A stretch of 62,244 bases of DNA from Acidobacteriota bacterium (GCA_041178345.1 JBEGVQ010000090.1:1-62244), one strand, 5' to 3'; positions 19,625 through 28,634 are shown, numbered from the stretch's first letter. Notes: generated by a model not told the origin, from the sequence alone. A program made the numbers and translations.

Positions 19625-20424
19625 TGCGCATCATCCCTGGGCTGTCCCACACCACGCCGCGACGAACGCTGGCAGCCACGCTGTTCATCCTGACGCTGCT
19701 GGGCGCCGCCCAGGCCTCAGCCACACCAGCGATCACCGCCGCTCAGGCCGAGGACCACCCCGACCGGTTATTCGCGGCACGTGACGGCGAGTCGATCCGC
19801 CAGGCCGCCGCCTGGTGGAGGCGCCGGCTCGTCCAGCACCCGGCGGATGCCGAGTCGGCCTGGAAGCTGTCACGGGCGCTCTACTGGCTCGGCGCCAACG
19901 GTCCCGGGACGCGGGAGGTCCGGCGGCCTCATCTCGAGGAGGGCATCGCCGCCGCGCGGCGGGCGATCGCCATTGCTCCGGCTGAACCACACGGCCACTT
20001 CTGGCTGGCCGCCAACATGGGACTGCTCTCGGAACTGTTCGGACGCCGCGAGGGGTTGCGCCACCGCAGCGACATCAAGCGGGCGCTCGAGGTGGTCATC
20101 GCGGCAGACCCGGCCTATCTCCACGGCTCGGCGCAGCGCGCACTCGGTCGCTGGTATGCGACCGTGCCGGCGATGTTCGGCGGCAACAAGAAAACCGGGG
20201 AGGCGCACCTGCGCCAATCACTCGAACTGAAGCGCGACAGTCCGATCACGCTGGTGCTGCTCGCCGAGTTGTTGCTTGATACCGGGCGCCGGACTGAAGC
20301 CCGCACGCAGTTGACGGCCGCGCTGGCGGCCCCCGTGGATTCTGACTGGGCACCCGAAGACCAGCGCTTCAAGGCGCGCGCGAAGGCGCTCCTCGCCGCG
20401 CTCGAGGCCAAGGCGCCTCGGTAG
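19624..20424 (+). CDS. Secreted alpha-helical repeat (TPR/TatT-like) protein
   Basis: Signal peptide ending AAQA; WKLSRALYWLG, GHFWLAANMG, RALGRWY..VP.MFGG helical repeats. Confidence 0.65.
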   Translation: MRIIPGLSHTTPRRTLAATLFILTLLGAAQASATPAITAAQAEDHPDRLFAARDGESIRQAAAWWRRRLVQHPADAESAWKLSRALYWLGANGPGTREVRRPHLEEGIAAARRAIAIAPAEPHGHFWLAANMGLLSELFGRREGLRHRSDIKRALEVVIAADPAYLHGSAQRALGRWYATVPAMFGGNKKTGEAHLRQSLELKRDSPITLVLLAELLLDTGRRTEARTQLTAALAAPVDSDWAPEDQRFKARAKALLAALEAKAPR

Positions 20425-20465
20425 CAGCGGCTCGGCTCCGTCCGTGGTGGGCGAACAGCAGGGAG

Positions 20466-20693
20466 CTAGTCGACGGTGATGCGCGTCCCCTGATCGTGCC
20501 GCGGGCCACCGGTACGCGCGGCGATCTGCTCGTCGAGCAGTGCGCTCAGTCCCTTCAGGATTTCCAGGTGGGCGTTCTTGAAGTGTTGCGAGACCCGCTC
20601 CGACGGACCGAGGTTGCGAAGGAACTCCGTGAGCACCGGCCCCGCGCCGTTGCAGCCACAATTGCATCCCGCCTTCGTTCCCGTATCACTCAT
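20466..20693 (-). CDS. Small hypothetical protein coupled to the ArsA/Get3 ATPase
   Basis: ATGA overlap with the ATPase stop; CNCGC motif, amphipathic helix HFKNAHLEILKGLSALLDEQI, C-terminal RITVD. Confidence 0.7.
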   Translation of the reverse strand: MSDTGTKAGCNCGCNGAGPVLTEFLRNLGPSERVSQHFKNAHLEILKGLSALLDEQIAARTGGPRHDQGTRITVD

Positions 20694-21880
20694 GCCATGT
20701 CCCCCAGTTCGACGACGAGCGTCTGCTCCTCGAATGTAGCACGTAGCGGCTGCAGCGTGGCGAGGCTGGTCGGCAGCCCGATGTGACGACGGAAGGCGCC
20801 CACTTCGAGGACGAGTTCATCACCCTTCTTGAACAGCCCGACCTCACCTTTTGCCGCGAAGGGCATCGACACGCGGACCTGGTGGCGCCCATCGCGCCGC
20901 TCGAACGAATAGGGGCGCTCGGCGCGCGTGACCGCGGCCGGGTCGGGGTCGAAGGCGTGAAGCACGTCAGCCAGCCGCTCGAGACGATCGAGGCCGACGA
21001 CTTCTTCCTGGAACATGGGCACCTGGCGCACCGGCACCGGGTCGAAGTAGCGCGCCATCTCGCCCAGGATCTGCTGCTGCGAGGCACGCAGCCCGCCGAG
21101 GAACGAGCCGTCCGCCTCTGGAGGCAGCACGCGATTGACGATCACCGAGTCCACGCACAGGCCGTGCAGCAGGAAATAGACGTAGGCCCGCTGGGTCTCC
21201 CGGAGGACCATCCGCTCGGCGTTCGACACCAGCCGCACGCTCGTCGCGCCAGGGTCTTGCAGGATCGTGTCGATGCCGTCGAGCTTGCTGAACAGGTCCT
21301 TGATATTTGCGAAGTACGAGTCGGACGGCAGTTCCACCGGTGACATGCGATTGACGAGCGGCCGCACGGCGTTGAAGACGCGGCGTTCCATCGGGAACAC
21401 GTGCTTCATGTACCAGTCCAGGGTCGTCGGCATCGCGATGAACCGCAGCGACTCCGCCGTCGGCGCGCAATCGAGCACAATCACGTCGTAGGCGCCCTGC
21501 TGGCGGTACTGGTTGACGTACATCAGCGCGCTCAGTTCCTCCATGCCCGGGAGGATGGCCATCTCCTCGGCCTCGACATCGCCCAGGCCGGACGTGCGAA
21601 GCACGGTGGTCAGATAGCCGGCGATCTCGCGCCAGTGCCGCTTCAGCTCGACCTGGATGTTGACTTCCTGGACGTGCAGGCAACTGGACACGGCATACGG
21701 ATCGGCCGTCTTTGAGTCAAACAGGCCGGCCTTGAGCGCAAAGGCGTCGGCCAGGCTGTGCGCGGGGTCGACGCTCATGACGAGCGTCTTGAGCCCCTGT
21801 CGCGCCAGTTGCACACCGGTGGCAGCCGCGACGCTGGTCTTTCCGACGCCGCCCTTGCCGCTATACAGCAGAATTCGCAT
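20690..21880 (-). CDS. Single-domain ArsA/Get3 family ATPase with C-terminal HSP20-like domain
   Basis: GKGGVGKTS, SVDPAHSLAD, LPGMEEL, DCAPTAE, VNRVLP; C-terminal GDELVLEVG.FRRHIGLP..L alpha-crystallin-like tail. Confidence 0.9.
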   Translation of the reverse strand: MRILLYSGKGGVGKTSVAAATGVQLARQGLKTLVMSVDPAHSLADAFALKAGLFDSKTADPYAVSSCLHVQEVNIQVELKRHWREIAGYLTTVLRTSGLGDVEAEEMAILPGMEELSALMYVNQYRQQGAYDVIVLDCAPTAESLRFIAMPTTLDWYMKHVFPMERRVFNAVRPLVNRMSPVELPSDSYFANIKDLFSKLDGIDTILQDPGATSVRLVSNAERMVLRETQRAYVYFLLHGLCVDSVIVNRVLPPEADGSFLGGLRASQQQILGEMARYFDPVPVRQVPMFQEEVVGLDRLERLADVLHAFDPDPAAVTRAERPYSFERRDGRHQVRVSMPFAAKGEVGLFKKGDELVLEVGAFRRHIGLPTSLATLQPLRATFEEQTLVVELGDMA

Positions 21881-21884
21881 GGTT

Positions 21885-21921
21885 GTCAGTCGTCAGTCGT
21901 TGATGGTTAGTCGTTGGCCGT
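21885..21921. repeat. Degenerate heptamer tandem repeat (GTYAGTC-like x5)
   Basis: GTCAGTC GTCAGTC GTTGATG GTTAGTC GTTGGCC in the intergenic gap. Confidence 0.6.
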
Positions 21922-21930
21922 TTCGCCGGG

Positions 21931-23172
21931 TCAGCGCAGGTCGGCGAGGCAGGCCTCGGCGGCGCGGCGGCCGGCCGCGATCGCGCCATTGATGGACCCG
22001 TTCTCGCGGTGGTCGCCGCTGACGTAGAGGCCGGGCTTGATGCGCACCGGACGCGCGGCCGGGCTCAACGCCGGCGGCCGCTGGTCCGGCTGCGCGTAGG
22101 CGATCTGGTAGGTGCGCAGGTGCGTCCAATCGCCCACTTGCGGGCCGAACCACCCGGTCATCTGCTTGCGGATGCGGCTCACGAGCTGGTCGGTCGGACC
22201 CGCGACGGCGCCAATCAGCGTGGCCGCAATCAGCGCCTGCCCCGCCGGTGCGTAGCTCGGCGACACGTTGCTCATCACCGCGACGTTGTTCACGAGGCCC
22301 GAACGCTCCCCGTCGAGGAGGAGCACGGGCTCGGCGATCGGCGCCCTGGGCGCGGCAAAGTACACGCAGGTGCACGCGCGGGGCTGCGGCGGCGCCGGCT
22401 GACCCAGCAGGGCGGCGGCAGCGGAGCCTTCGGTGGCGACGACGACGGCGCGCGCCTCGAGGCGATCACCGCCCCATGTCTGGACCGCGGTGCCGTCGAT
22501 GCCCGCGACACGGCAGTTCCGCCGGATGGCCTCGGCCGGCAGGGTCGCGGCAAGCTGCGCCGGAATGGCCCCCATCCCCGCCGCCGGCACCACGCTGTCG
22601 CCGAGGGCGAACATCCGGAAGGTGAACTCGAACATGCGGCTCGAGGTGTCGAGTTCCGGGTCGAACAGCACGCCCCCGAAGAACGGCTGGAAGAACCGCG
22701 CCATCATTTGCGCGGAGAATCCCTCGGCGGCCAGCAGGTCGCGGGTGCGCTGCTCGGGGCGGGCCCACAGATCGTCCAGGGTGCCCGACAAGATGCGCCG
22801 GCGCAGCCGGGCCACGCGCGCCTTGTCGGCCAGCGACCCGACCGGCGCGAGCGCATTGAGCGCGGCCTCGATCGGCCGGCGCCACGGATCGACGACACGA
22901 TGGAACCTGCCGTCGACGCGGATGAGCGCCCCCGGGAGAAGCGGCTTCAGGTCGAGTGCGGCGTAGTCGAGTTCCCGCTGCGCGTCGGGGTAGGCGGTCA
23001 GCAGCACCTGGAAGCCGCGGTCGAGCAGGAATCCGTCGACGCGGTCCGTCCGCACGCGCCCGCCCACATCGTCCGACGCTTCGAGCAGCTGCACCGGGAT
23101 CCCGGCGGCATGCAGATACTTTGCACACGTCAGCCCTGCCAGCCCTCCGCCAATCACCACTACGGGCGCCAT
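21931..23172 (-). CDS. FAD-dependent oxidoreductase (amine oxidase / protoporphyrinogen oxidase-like)
   Basis: VIGGGLAGL, LEASDDVGGRVRTD, GFLLDRGFQVLLTAYP, SGDHRE.GSINGA..AGRRAA. Confidence 0.88.
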   Translation of the reverse strand: MAPVVVIGGGLAGLTCAKYLHAAGIPVQLLEASDDVGGRVRTDRVDGFLLDRGFQVLLTAYPDAQRELDYAALDLKPLLPGALIRVDGRFHRVVDPWRRPIEAALNALAPVGSLADKARVARLRRRILSGTLDDLWARPEQRTRDLLAAEGFSAQMMARFFQPFFGGVLFDPELDTSSRMFEFTFRMFALGDSVVPAAGMGAIPAQLAATLPAEAIRRNCRVAGIDGTAVQTWGGDRLEARAVVVATEGSAAAALLGQPAPPQPRACTCVYFAAPRAPIAEPVLLLDGERSGLVNNVAVMSNVSPSYAPAGQALIAATLIGAVAGPTDQLVSRIRKQMTGWFGPQVGDWTHLRTYQIAYAQPDQRPPALSPAARPVRIKPGLYVSGDHRENGSINGAIAAGRRAAEACLADLR

Positions 23173-23328
23173 CAATGTTTCCCTCGAGGCATGTTGTCCG
23201 AGCGTAAGACGCCCCGGACCCCGGGGCGGGTCCGAGACCAGCGCGGCCGGGGAACAGTGGAGCGGCCGTCATCCGGCCGCTGCGACGCTTCACCTCGGCC
23301 TCATGCCCCTCCCGGCGAGTTCAACACC

Positions 23329-23496
23329 TCAGCCATGTTGCTCGAGCATCGCCAGCTCGAGAAGATCCTGTGGCCGCGCGCCGGCAGCCTTGTTCCGGAT
23401 CGACTCCGCGCGGCCGATGATCCAGACATCGAGATCTTTCGTAGAGCGCGGCTCGGCGTAGAACGCCACGGCGTGGGCGCCGCCGACGAGGTCGTT
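23329..23496 (-). pseudogene. Internally deleted nucleotidyltransferase (DUF6036-like) remnant
   Basis: N-terminal motif VGGAHAVAFYAEPRSTKDLDVWI joined directly to C-terminal motif IRNK..ARPQDLLEL..LE. Confidence 0.6.
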
Positions 23497-23643
23497 ACGC
23501 TGGCTGGACCGCACTGGAAAAGCGTTCCCCGACGCCAAAGGCGCGACCGGAGGAGCGACGTGCCGTCCGTGACGGTGATCGTCAACTGGCAGTCGGGGTT
23601 GAAGGCCGCCGGCGGGCGGTAGCTGGGGCGGCACGCCGGCTGG

Positions 23644-24345
23644 CTATGCGCCCTGCCGTCGCCACAACCGCCGCACATCGATCCCGAATGACCACACCAA
23701 CGCCGCCAGCGTGATGGCCGCGACGATGGCACTGGCCGGGAAGGAGACGGCCGGGGCGAGGGCCAGGCCGAGCCCGGCGAACTGCCCGACGGCGACGCTC
23801 TTGCCGCGAAGGGTTGGCTTCAGCGGACCGTTCATCCACGGCATCGCCCACCCGGCCGCGACGAACGCGTAGCGCATCAAACCACAGGCCAGCACCCATG
23901 CCCCGGCCTTGTCGTACCGCCACACAAACAGCGACAGCACCAGGATCAGCGAGGCATCGACCTCGACGTCGAAGCGGGCACCGAACGTGCTGGCCAGACC
24001 GGTTCGCCGCGCGAGCCAGCCGTCGACGCCGTCAAGCGCCGCCAGGCAGGCGGTGGCCCCCACCACGAACCACGCGAGTCTCTCGCTCGGCGGGTCCAGG
24101 AGACGGGTTGCCGCCAGCGCGACCACCGCCGCGCGGAGCATCGTGACGTAGTTGGCCGGCCCGAATCGCTCGAAGGGGTGATGGGCGCCGGCCGTGGCGA
24201 CGACGACCGCCATCATGACGGCGAACACCGCAGCCGCCTCAACCGAGGCGACGGACAGGGCGGCGGCGCCGAAACCGCTCGCGAGCAGGACCTGAATACG
24301 AAGAGGCAAGGGCGGCATTGTAACTGGGAGAGAATGGGAGACCAC
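23644..24345 (-). CDS. CDP-alcohol phosphatidyltransferase family protein
   Basis: GPANYVTMLR and signature DGVDGWLARRTGLASTFGARFDVEVD; multiple TMs; start may be ATG 24318. Confidence 0.92.
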   Translation of the reverse strand: MVSHSLPVTMPPLPLRIQVLLASGFGAAALSVASVEAAAVFAVMMAVVVATAGAHHPFERFGPANYVTMLRAAVVALAATRLLDPPSERLAWFVVGATACLAALDGVDGWLARRTGLASTFGARFDVEVDASLILVLSLFVWRYDKAGAWVLACGLMRYAFVAAGWAMPWMNGPLKPTLRGKSVAVGQFAGLGLALAPAVSFPASAIVAAITLAALVWSFGIDVRRLWRRQGA

Positions 24346-24358
24346 GAATCTGGCAAGC

Positions 24359-24389
24359 TGGTGATTTGGTGATTTGGTGATTTGGCGAT
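24359..24389. repeat. Octamer tandem repeat TGGTGATT x3 + partial
   Basis: TGGTGATT TGGTGATT TGGTGATT TGGCGAT in the short divergent intergenic gap. Confidence 0.8.
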
Positions 24390-25359
24390 GAGTAGGGACG
24401 CGAAGGCGTTCTGGGTGGCTGAACCAGGACGCGGTGAGATCAGGGCGGAAGAACTGCCGGCGCCCGCCCGCGACGAGGTCGTCGTGCGCGCGCTGTTTAG
24501 CGGCATCAGCCGCGGCACCGAGGCGCTGGTCTTCGGCGGCCGCGTCCCGCCCAGCGAGTGGGCGCGCATGCGCGCGCCCTTCCAGGCGGGCGAGTTTCCG
24601 GGGCCGGTGAAGTACGGCTACTCCATGGTGGGCATCGTCGAGGAAGGCCCCGCGGAACTAGCGGGGCGCCACGTGTTCGTGCTGCATCCGCACCAGGACC
24701 GGTTCGTCGTGCCGGCGGGGGCCGTGAGCGTTCTGGCCGTCGGCGTGCCTCCGGCGCGAGCGGTGCTGGCCGCCAACCTCGAAACCGCGCTCAACGGCAT
24801 CTGGGATGCCCGGCCGCACATCGGCGATCGCATCGCCGTGATCGGCGCCGGCACGGTCGGCCTGCTGACGGCGTGGCTCGCCAGCCGGTTGCCCGAGTGC
24901 GTCGTGGAACTCGTCGACATCAATCCCAATCGCGCCCGTGTCGCGCAAGCGCTGGGTGTTGCTTTCGCGATACCATCGACCGCCGCCGGCGACGCGGACA
25001 TCGTGATTCACGCCAGCGGGTCGCCGTCAGGACTGGAGCTGGCGCTGGACCTGGCCGCGAGCGAAGCGACGATCGTCGAGATGAGCTGGTTTGGCGATCA
25101 AGTTGTCTCGCTGCCGCTGGGCGGAGCATTTCACTCGAAGCGCCTGACCCTGGCGTCGTCACAGGTCGGCCGCATCGCCCCGGCCCAGCGCGCCCGGTGG
25201 GACCATGGCCGCCGGATGCAACTGGCGCTCGGGATGCTGCGCGAACCGGCGCTCGACGCCGTAATCACGGGCGAGAGTCCATTCGACCAGTTGCCGGAAG
25301 TCATGGCCGGCCTGGCGCGAACCCCAGGCGAGACGCTGTGTCACCGCATCCGCTACTAG
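24388..25359 (+). CDS. MDR (zinc-binding dehydrogenase family) oxidoreductase lacking canonical Zn ligands
   Basis: EVVVRALFSGISRGTE, PVKYGYS.VG.VE, VIGAGTVG nucleotide-binding motif. Confidence 0.85.
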   Translation: MSRDAKAFWVAEPGRGEIRAEELPAPARDEVVVRALFSGISRGTEALVFGGRVPPSEWARMRAPFQAGEFPGPVKYGYSMVGIVEEGPAELAGRHVFVLHPHQDRFVVPAGAVSVLAVGVPPARAVLAANLETALNGIWDARPHIGDRIAVIGAGTVGLLTAWLASRLPECVVELVDINPNRARVAQALGVAFAIPSTAAGDADIVIHASGSPSGLELALDLAASEATIVEMSWFGDQVVSLPLGGAFHSKRLTLASSQVGRIAPAQRARWDHGRRMQLALGMLREPALDAVITGESPFDQLPEVMAGLARTPGETLCHRIRY

Positions 25360-25431
25360 CACCCCACCGCGCAAAGTCCGCGCGGCGGGGATCCCGCGAT
25401 TGACCCTTGGCGACGACAGAAGGAGACCTCG

Positions 25432-25842
25432 ATGTATTACGTGACGGTGCGCGACCACATCATGATCGCGCATAGCTTCCGGGGCGACGTGTTCGGCCCG
25501 GCCCAGCGTCTGCACGGCGCCACCTATGTGGTCGATGCCGAGTTCCGCCGCCCCGATCTCGATGCCGACGGCATTGTCGTCGACATCGGCCGCGCCGGCG
25601 AGGCGCTGAAGAAGGTGCTGGCCGACTTGAACTTCCGCAACCTGGACGAGGTGCCGGAGTTCAAGGGCAAGAACACCACCACCGAGTTCATTGCGCGAAC
25701 CGTGTTCGACCGGATGGCGGCGGCGATCCACCGCGGTGACCTGGGGCCCTGCGCCGGGGCCGTGGAGAGCTTGCGTGTGACGCTGCAGGAATCGCACGTG
25801 GCGTCCGCGGCGTACGAAGGCCGCATCGGCGGCGCTGCCTGA
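25432..25842 (+). CDS. Atypical 6-pyruvoyl-tetrahydropterin synthase / QueD-fold protein (COG0720)
   Basis: [40 protein letters not shown]; no CxxxHGH motif. Confidence 0.88.
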   Translation: MYYVTVRDHIMIAHSFRGDVFGPAQRLHGATYVVDAEFRRPDLDADGIVVDIGRAGEALKKVLADLNFRNLDEVPEFKGKNTTTEFIARTVFDRMAAAIHRGDLGPCAGAVESLRVTLQESHVASAAYEGRIGGAA

Positions 25843-25844
25843 CC

Positions 25845-26900
25845 ATGCCGTCGGCCGTGTTCATGGTGCCTGGGTCGATCGACGCCAGAACCGGCGGTTC
25901 GATCTACGACCGGCGCATGGCTGACGGCTTGCGCCGGCGGGGCTGGGACCTCACGGTCGTGGAACTCGCGGGCGACTTTCCGCAGCCTGCGGCGGTCGCG
26001 GTGGCTGATGCTGCCCAGGCGCTGGCGGCGCTGCCAGACGGCACGCTGGTGGTGATGGATGGGCTCGCGCTCAGTGCGATGCCGGAGCTTATCGAACACG
26101 AGGCCTCGCGCTTGCGCGTCATCGCGCTCGTGCACCTGCCGCTTGCGGCTGATGTGAGCATTGATGCCGCATCCCGCGCCCGGCTGGCGGCCGGGGAGCG
26201 GCGCGCGCTCGCCGCTTCGACATTGGTCGTGGTCACCGGGGCGGCCACACTGGGCCTGCTCGAGCCCTACGCGCTGCCGCGCGATCGCGTGGCCGTGGTC
26301 GAACCCGGCACTGACCCGGCACCGCCGGCCAGGGGCGCTGACGGCACTCGCGTGCACCTGCTGTGCGTGGCGACGGTCAACGCCGGGAAGGGACACGACG
26401 TGTTGCTCGAGGCGCTGGCAGCCGTGCCGAATCGCGCGTGGCGCCTCACGTGCGCCGGAAGCCTCACGCGCGATCGCGCGGCCGCCGCCCGCATGCGCGC
26501 GCTCGTTGGCCAGCTGGAGCTCGACGATCGCGTGACCCTCGCGGGAGAGTTGAACGCGACCAGGCTGGCATCCTGTTACGACACCGCCGACGTCTTTGTG
26601 CTGGCCACGCGCCGCGAGACCTACGGCATGGCCGTGGCCGAGGCGCTGGCTCGTGGCCTGCCGGTAGTGAGCACGACGACAGGAGCGATTCCCGAGCTCG
26701 TGGGCGCCGACGCCGGAGTGGTGGTGCCGCCGGGCGAGGCGGCTCCACTTGCGGAAGCGCTGTCACGCGTCATCGGCGACGCGGACCTTCGCGCCCGGCT
26801 GGCAGCCGGCGCGCGCGCGGTTCGCGATCGCCTGCAAGGATGGGAGGTGGCCGCCGCCCGCATGGACGCTGCTCTCCAGGGACTCAATACCCATGCCTGA
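25845..26900 (+). CDS. Glycosyltransferase family 4
   Basis: TGGSIYDRR, KGHDVLLEAL, ETYGMAVAEALARGLPVV.T..GAIPE. Confidence 0.92.
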   Translation: MPSAVFMVPGSIDARTGGSIYDRRMADGLRRRGWDLTVVELAGDFPQPAAVAVADAAQALAALPDGTLVVMDGLALSAMPELIEHEASRLRVIALVHLPLAADVSIDAASRARLAAGERRALAASTLVVVTGAATLGLLEPYALPRDRVAVVEPGTDPAPPARGADGTRVHLLCVATVNAGKGHDVLLEALAAVPNRAWRLTCAGSLTRDRAAAARMRALVGQLELDDRVTLAGELNATRLASCYDTADVFVLATRRETYGMAVAEALARGLPVVSTTTGAIPELVGADAGVVVPPGEAAPLAEALSRVIGDADLRARLAAGARAVRDRLQGWEVAAARMDAALQGLNTHA

Positions 26901-27771
26901 CACTCTTGGTGACTGGTTGAAACTGCGCGAGGCGGCCGATTGGGAGGCGCGGTCGTCGCGGCTCGTGCAGCAGGTTGTCGGTGCGGCGCCCCATCCAGGG
27001 GCGCCTTACCACGTGTTGGACCTCGGAACCGGCACGGGTTCCAACGTTCGCTACCTGGCGGAACGCCTGCCGGGCCGCCAGCGGTGGCTGGTGGTTGACC
27101 GGAACCCTGAGGTGCTCGCCCTGGTGACCGAGCGTAGCGCGTCCTGGGCCGCGGCGCGCGGCTACCAATGCCACGCCCACGCGACGGCCCTTCACGTTCG
27201 ACACGCGCGGCTCGACTGCGAAATCGAGACGCGACAGCGCGACCTGTGTCGGCTGGACGACACCAGGCTCTTCGAGGGGCGGCACCTGGTCACGGCTTCG
27301 GCGCTGCTGGATCTCGTGTCCGAGTCGTGGCTCCAGTCGCTCGCCGCGCATTGCCGCGACGCGGGGGCGGCCGTGCTGTTTGCCCTCACCTATAACGGCG
27401 AATCATCCTGCTGGCCGGCGGAGCCAGAGGACGAGCTGATCCGGGAGTTGTTGAACCGGCACCAGCACACCGACAAGGGGCTGGGCGGCATCGCCGCCGG
27501 ACCGGATGCGGTGGCCTGCGCCGAACGCAGCTTCGTCGAGGCCGGCTACCAGGTGCACATCGAGCCGACCGACTGGAGCCTCGGGCCGCCGCACGCCGAC
27601 ATGCAGCGCTACCTGATTCGCGACTGGGCGGGTGCCGCGGGTGAACTTGCGCCCGACTTGCTGCCGCGCATCGCCAGTTGGCGCGATCGCCGGCTCGCAC
27701 ACATCGATGCCGGACGATCACGCATCATCGTTCGCCACCACGATCTCGCCGCTCGGCCGGCGACACCATGA
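26893..27771 (+). CDS. Class I SAM-dependent methyltransferase
   Basis: DWL.LREAAD..ARS, VLDLGTGTGSN.RYL, LVTASALLDLVS, HQ..DKGLG. Confidence 0.85.
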   Translation: MPDTLGDWLKLREAADWEARSSRLVQQVVGAAPHPGAPYHVLDLGTGTGSNVRYLAERLPGRQRWLVVDRNPEVLALVTERSASWAAARGYQCHAHATALHVRHARLDCEIETRQRDLCRLDDTRLFEGRHLVTASALLDLVSESWLQSLAAHCRDAGAAVLFALTYNGESSCWPAEPEDELIRELLNRHQHTDKGLGGIAAGPDAVACAERSFVEAGYQVHIEPTDWSLGPPHADMQRYLIRDWAGAAGELAPDLLPRIASWRDRRLAHIDAGRSRIIVRHHDLAARPATP

Positions 27772-28628
27772 CCGCGCCACCGGCACCCCGATTCGACCCC
27801 GCGCAGGTCCGCGATTACTACGATCGTCACTCAGCCACCTTTGTGTCCCGCGGCCAGGGTGGCGGCGCCATCCATCGCGCCGTGTGGGGGCCAGGGGTCC
27901 GCCACCGTGCGCAGGCGTTTCACTACGTCGAGGATCGCATCGCCGAGATCGCGCAGTCTTTGGCCGCGCCCGCAGGACACCCGCTCCACATTGTCGACCT
28001 CGGTTGCGGCGTGGCAGGAAGTGCGTGCTACCTGGCCCAGCGTCTGCCAGTACGGGTCACCGGCATCACGCTCAGCCCGGTGCAGGCCCGAATCGCTCAA
28101 ACCCGCATCCGCGACGCAGGCTTATCGGATCGTGTGGCATGCCTGGTCGGTGACTACAACGACCTCCAGGTGGAGGTCGGCACCGCGGATCTCGCGTATG
28201 CCATTGAGTCGTTCGTGCACGGCCCCGCGCCCGACCGCTTCTTCGCGCAGTGCCGGCGGTTGTTGAGACCAGGTGGGGTGCTGGTGATCTGCGACGACTT
28301 CCGCCGTCCCACCACCGATCCGCGAGCGGCCCTGGCCATCGAGCGGTTCTGCCGCGGCTGGCATGTCAACGCGCTGCTGGATCGAGAGGCGCTGCAGGCG
28401 CTGGCCGGCCACCCCAGCCTCGTCCATGACTCGACGGTGGACTTGACGGAGTACCTGGAACTCGGCCGCCCCCGCGACCGCGCCTTGAAGGCCTTGCTGC
28501 CGCTTCTCAATCTACTGCCGCTCGCCGCCGGCCGATTCGACTACCTGAGTGGCGGCAGCGCCTTGCAGGAATGCCTGGCGCAGGGCTGGGTGGGATACGA
28601 CTTCGTCGTCTTTCGAAGTGAGAAGTGA
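27768..28628 (+). CDS. Class I SAM-dependent methyltransferase (sterol/tocopherol/CFA-like)
   Basis: VRDYYD, IVDLGCGVAG, VTGITLSPVQ, AIESFVH, LRPGGVLVICD. Confidence 0.88.
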   Translation: MTAPPAPRFDPAQVRDYYDRHSATFVSRGQGGGAIHRAVWGPGVRHRAQAFHYVEDRIAEIAQSLAAPAGHPLHIVDLGCGVAGSACYLAQRLPVRVTGITLSPVQARIAQTRIRDAGLSDRVACLVGDYNDLQVEVGTADLAYAIESFVHGPAPDRFFAQCRRLLRPGGVLVICDDFRRPTTDPRAALAIERFCRGWHVNALLDREALQALAGHPSLVHDSTVDLTEYLELGRPRDRALKALLPLLNLLPLAAGRFDYLSGGSALQECLAQGWVGYDFVVFRSEK

Positions 28629-28634
28629 GAAGGG

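Noticed and set aside
20690-21880. Arsenic resistance or phototrophy inferred from the ArsA-like ATPase
   Set aside because: No ars genes and a single-domain architecture; no bch, csm, puf or psc genes in the window
23176-23300. Possible riboswitch upstream of the FAD oxidoreductase (GC hairpins such as GCGGCCG-N5-CGGCCGC)
   Set aside because: No recognisable conserved riboswitch motif; short GC stems are expected by chance at this GC content
22009-23622. Long alternative-frame ORFs (e.g. 22009-23622, 33898-35580, 41454-43031, 57151-58548, and most of 60094-61791)
   Set aside because: They overlap well-supported genes antisense or out of frame, are Arg/Ala/Pro-rich and lack motifs; typical high-GC shadow ORFs
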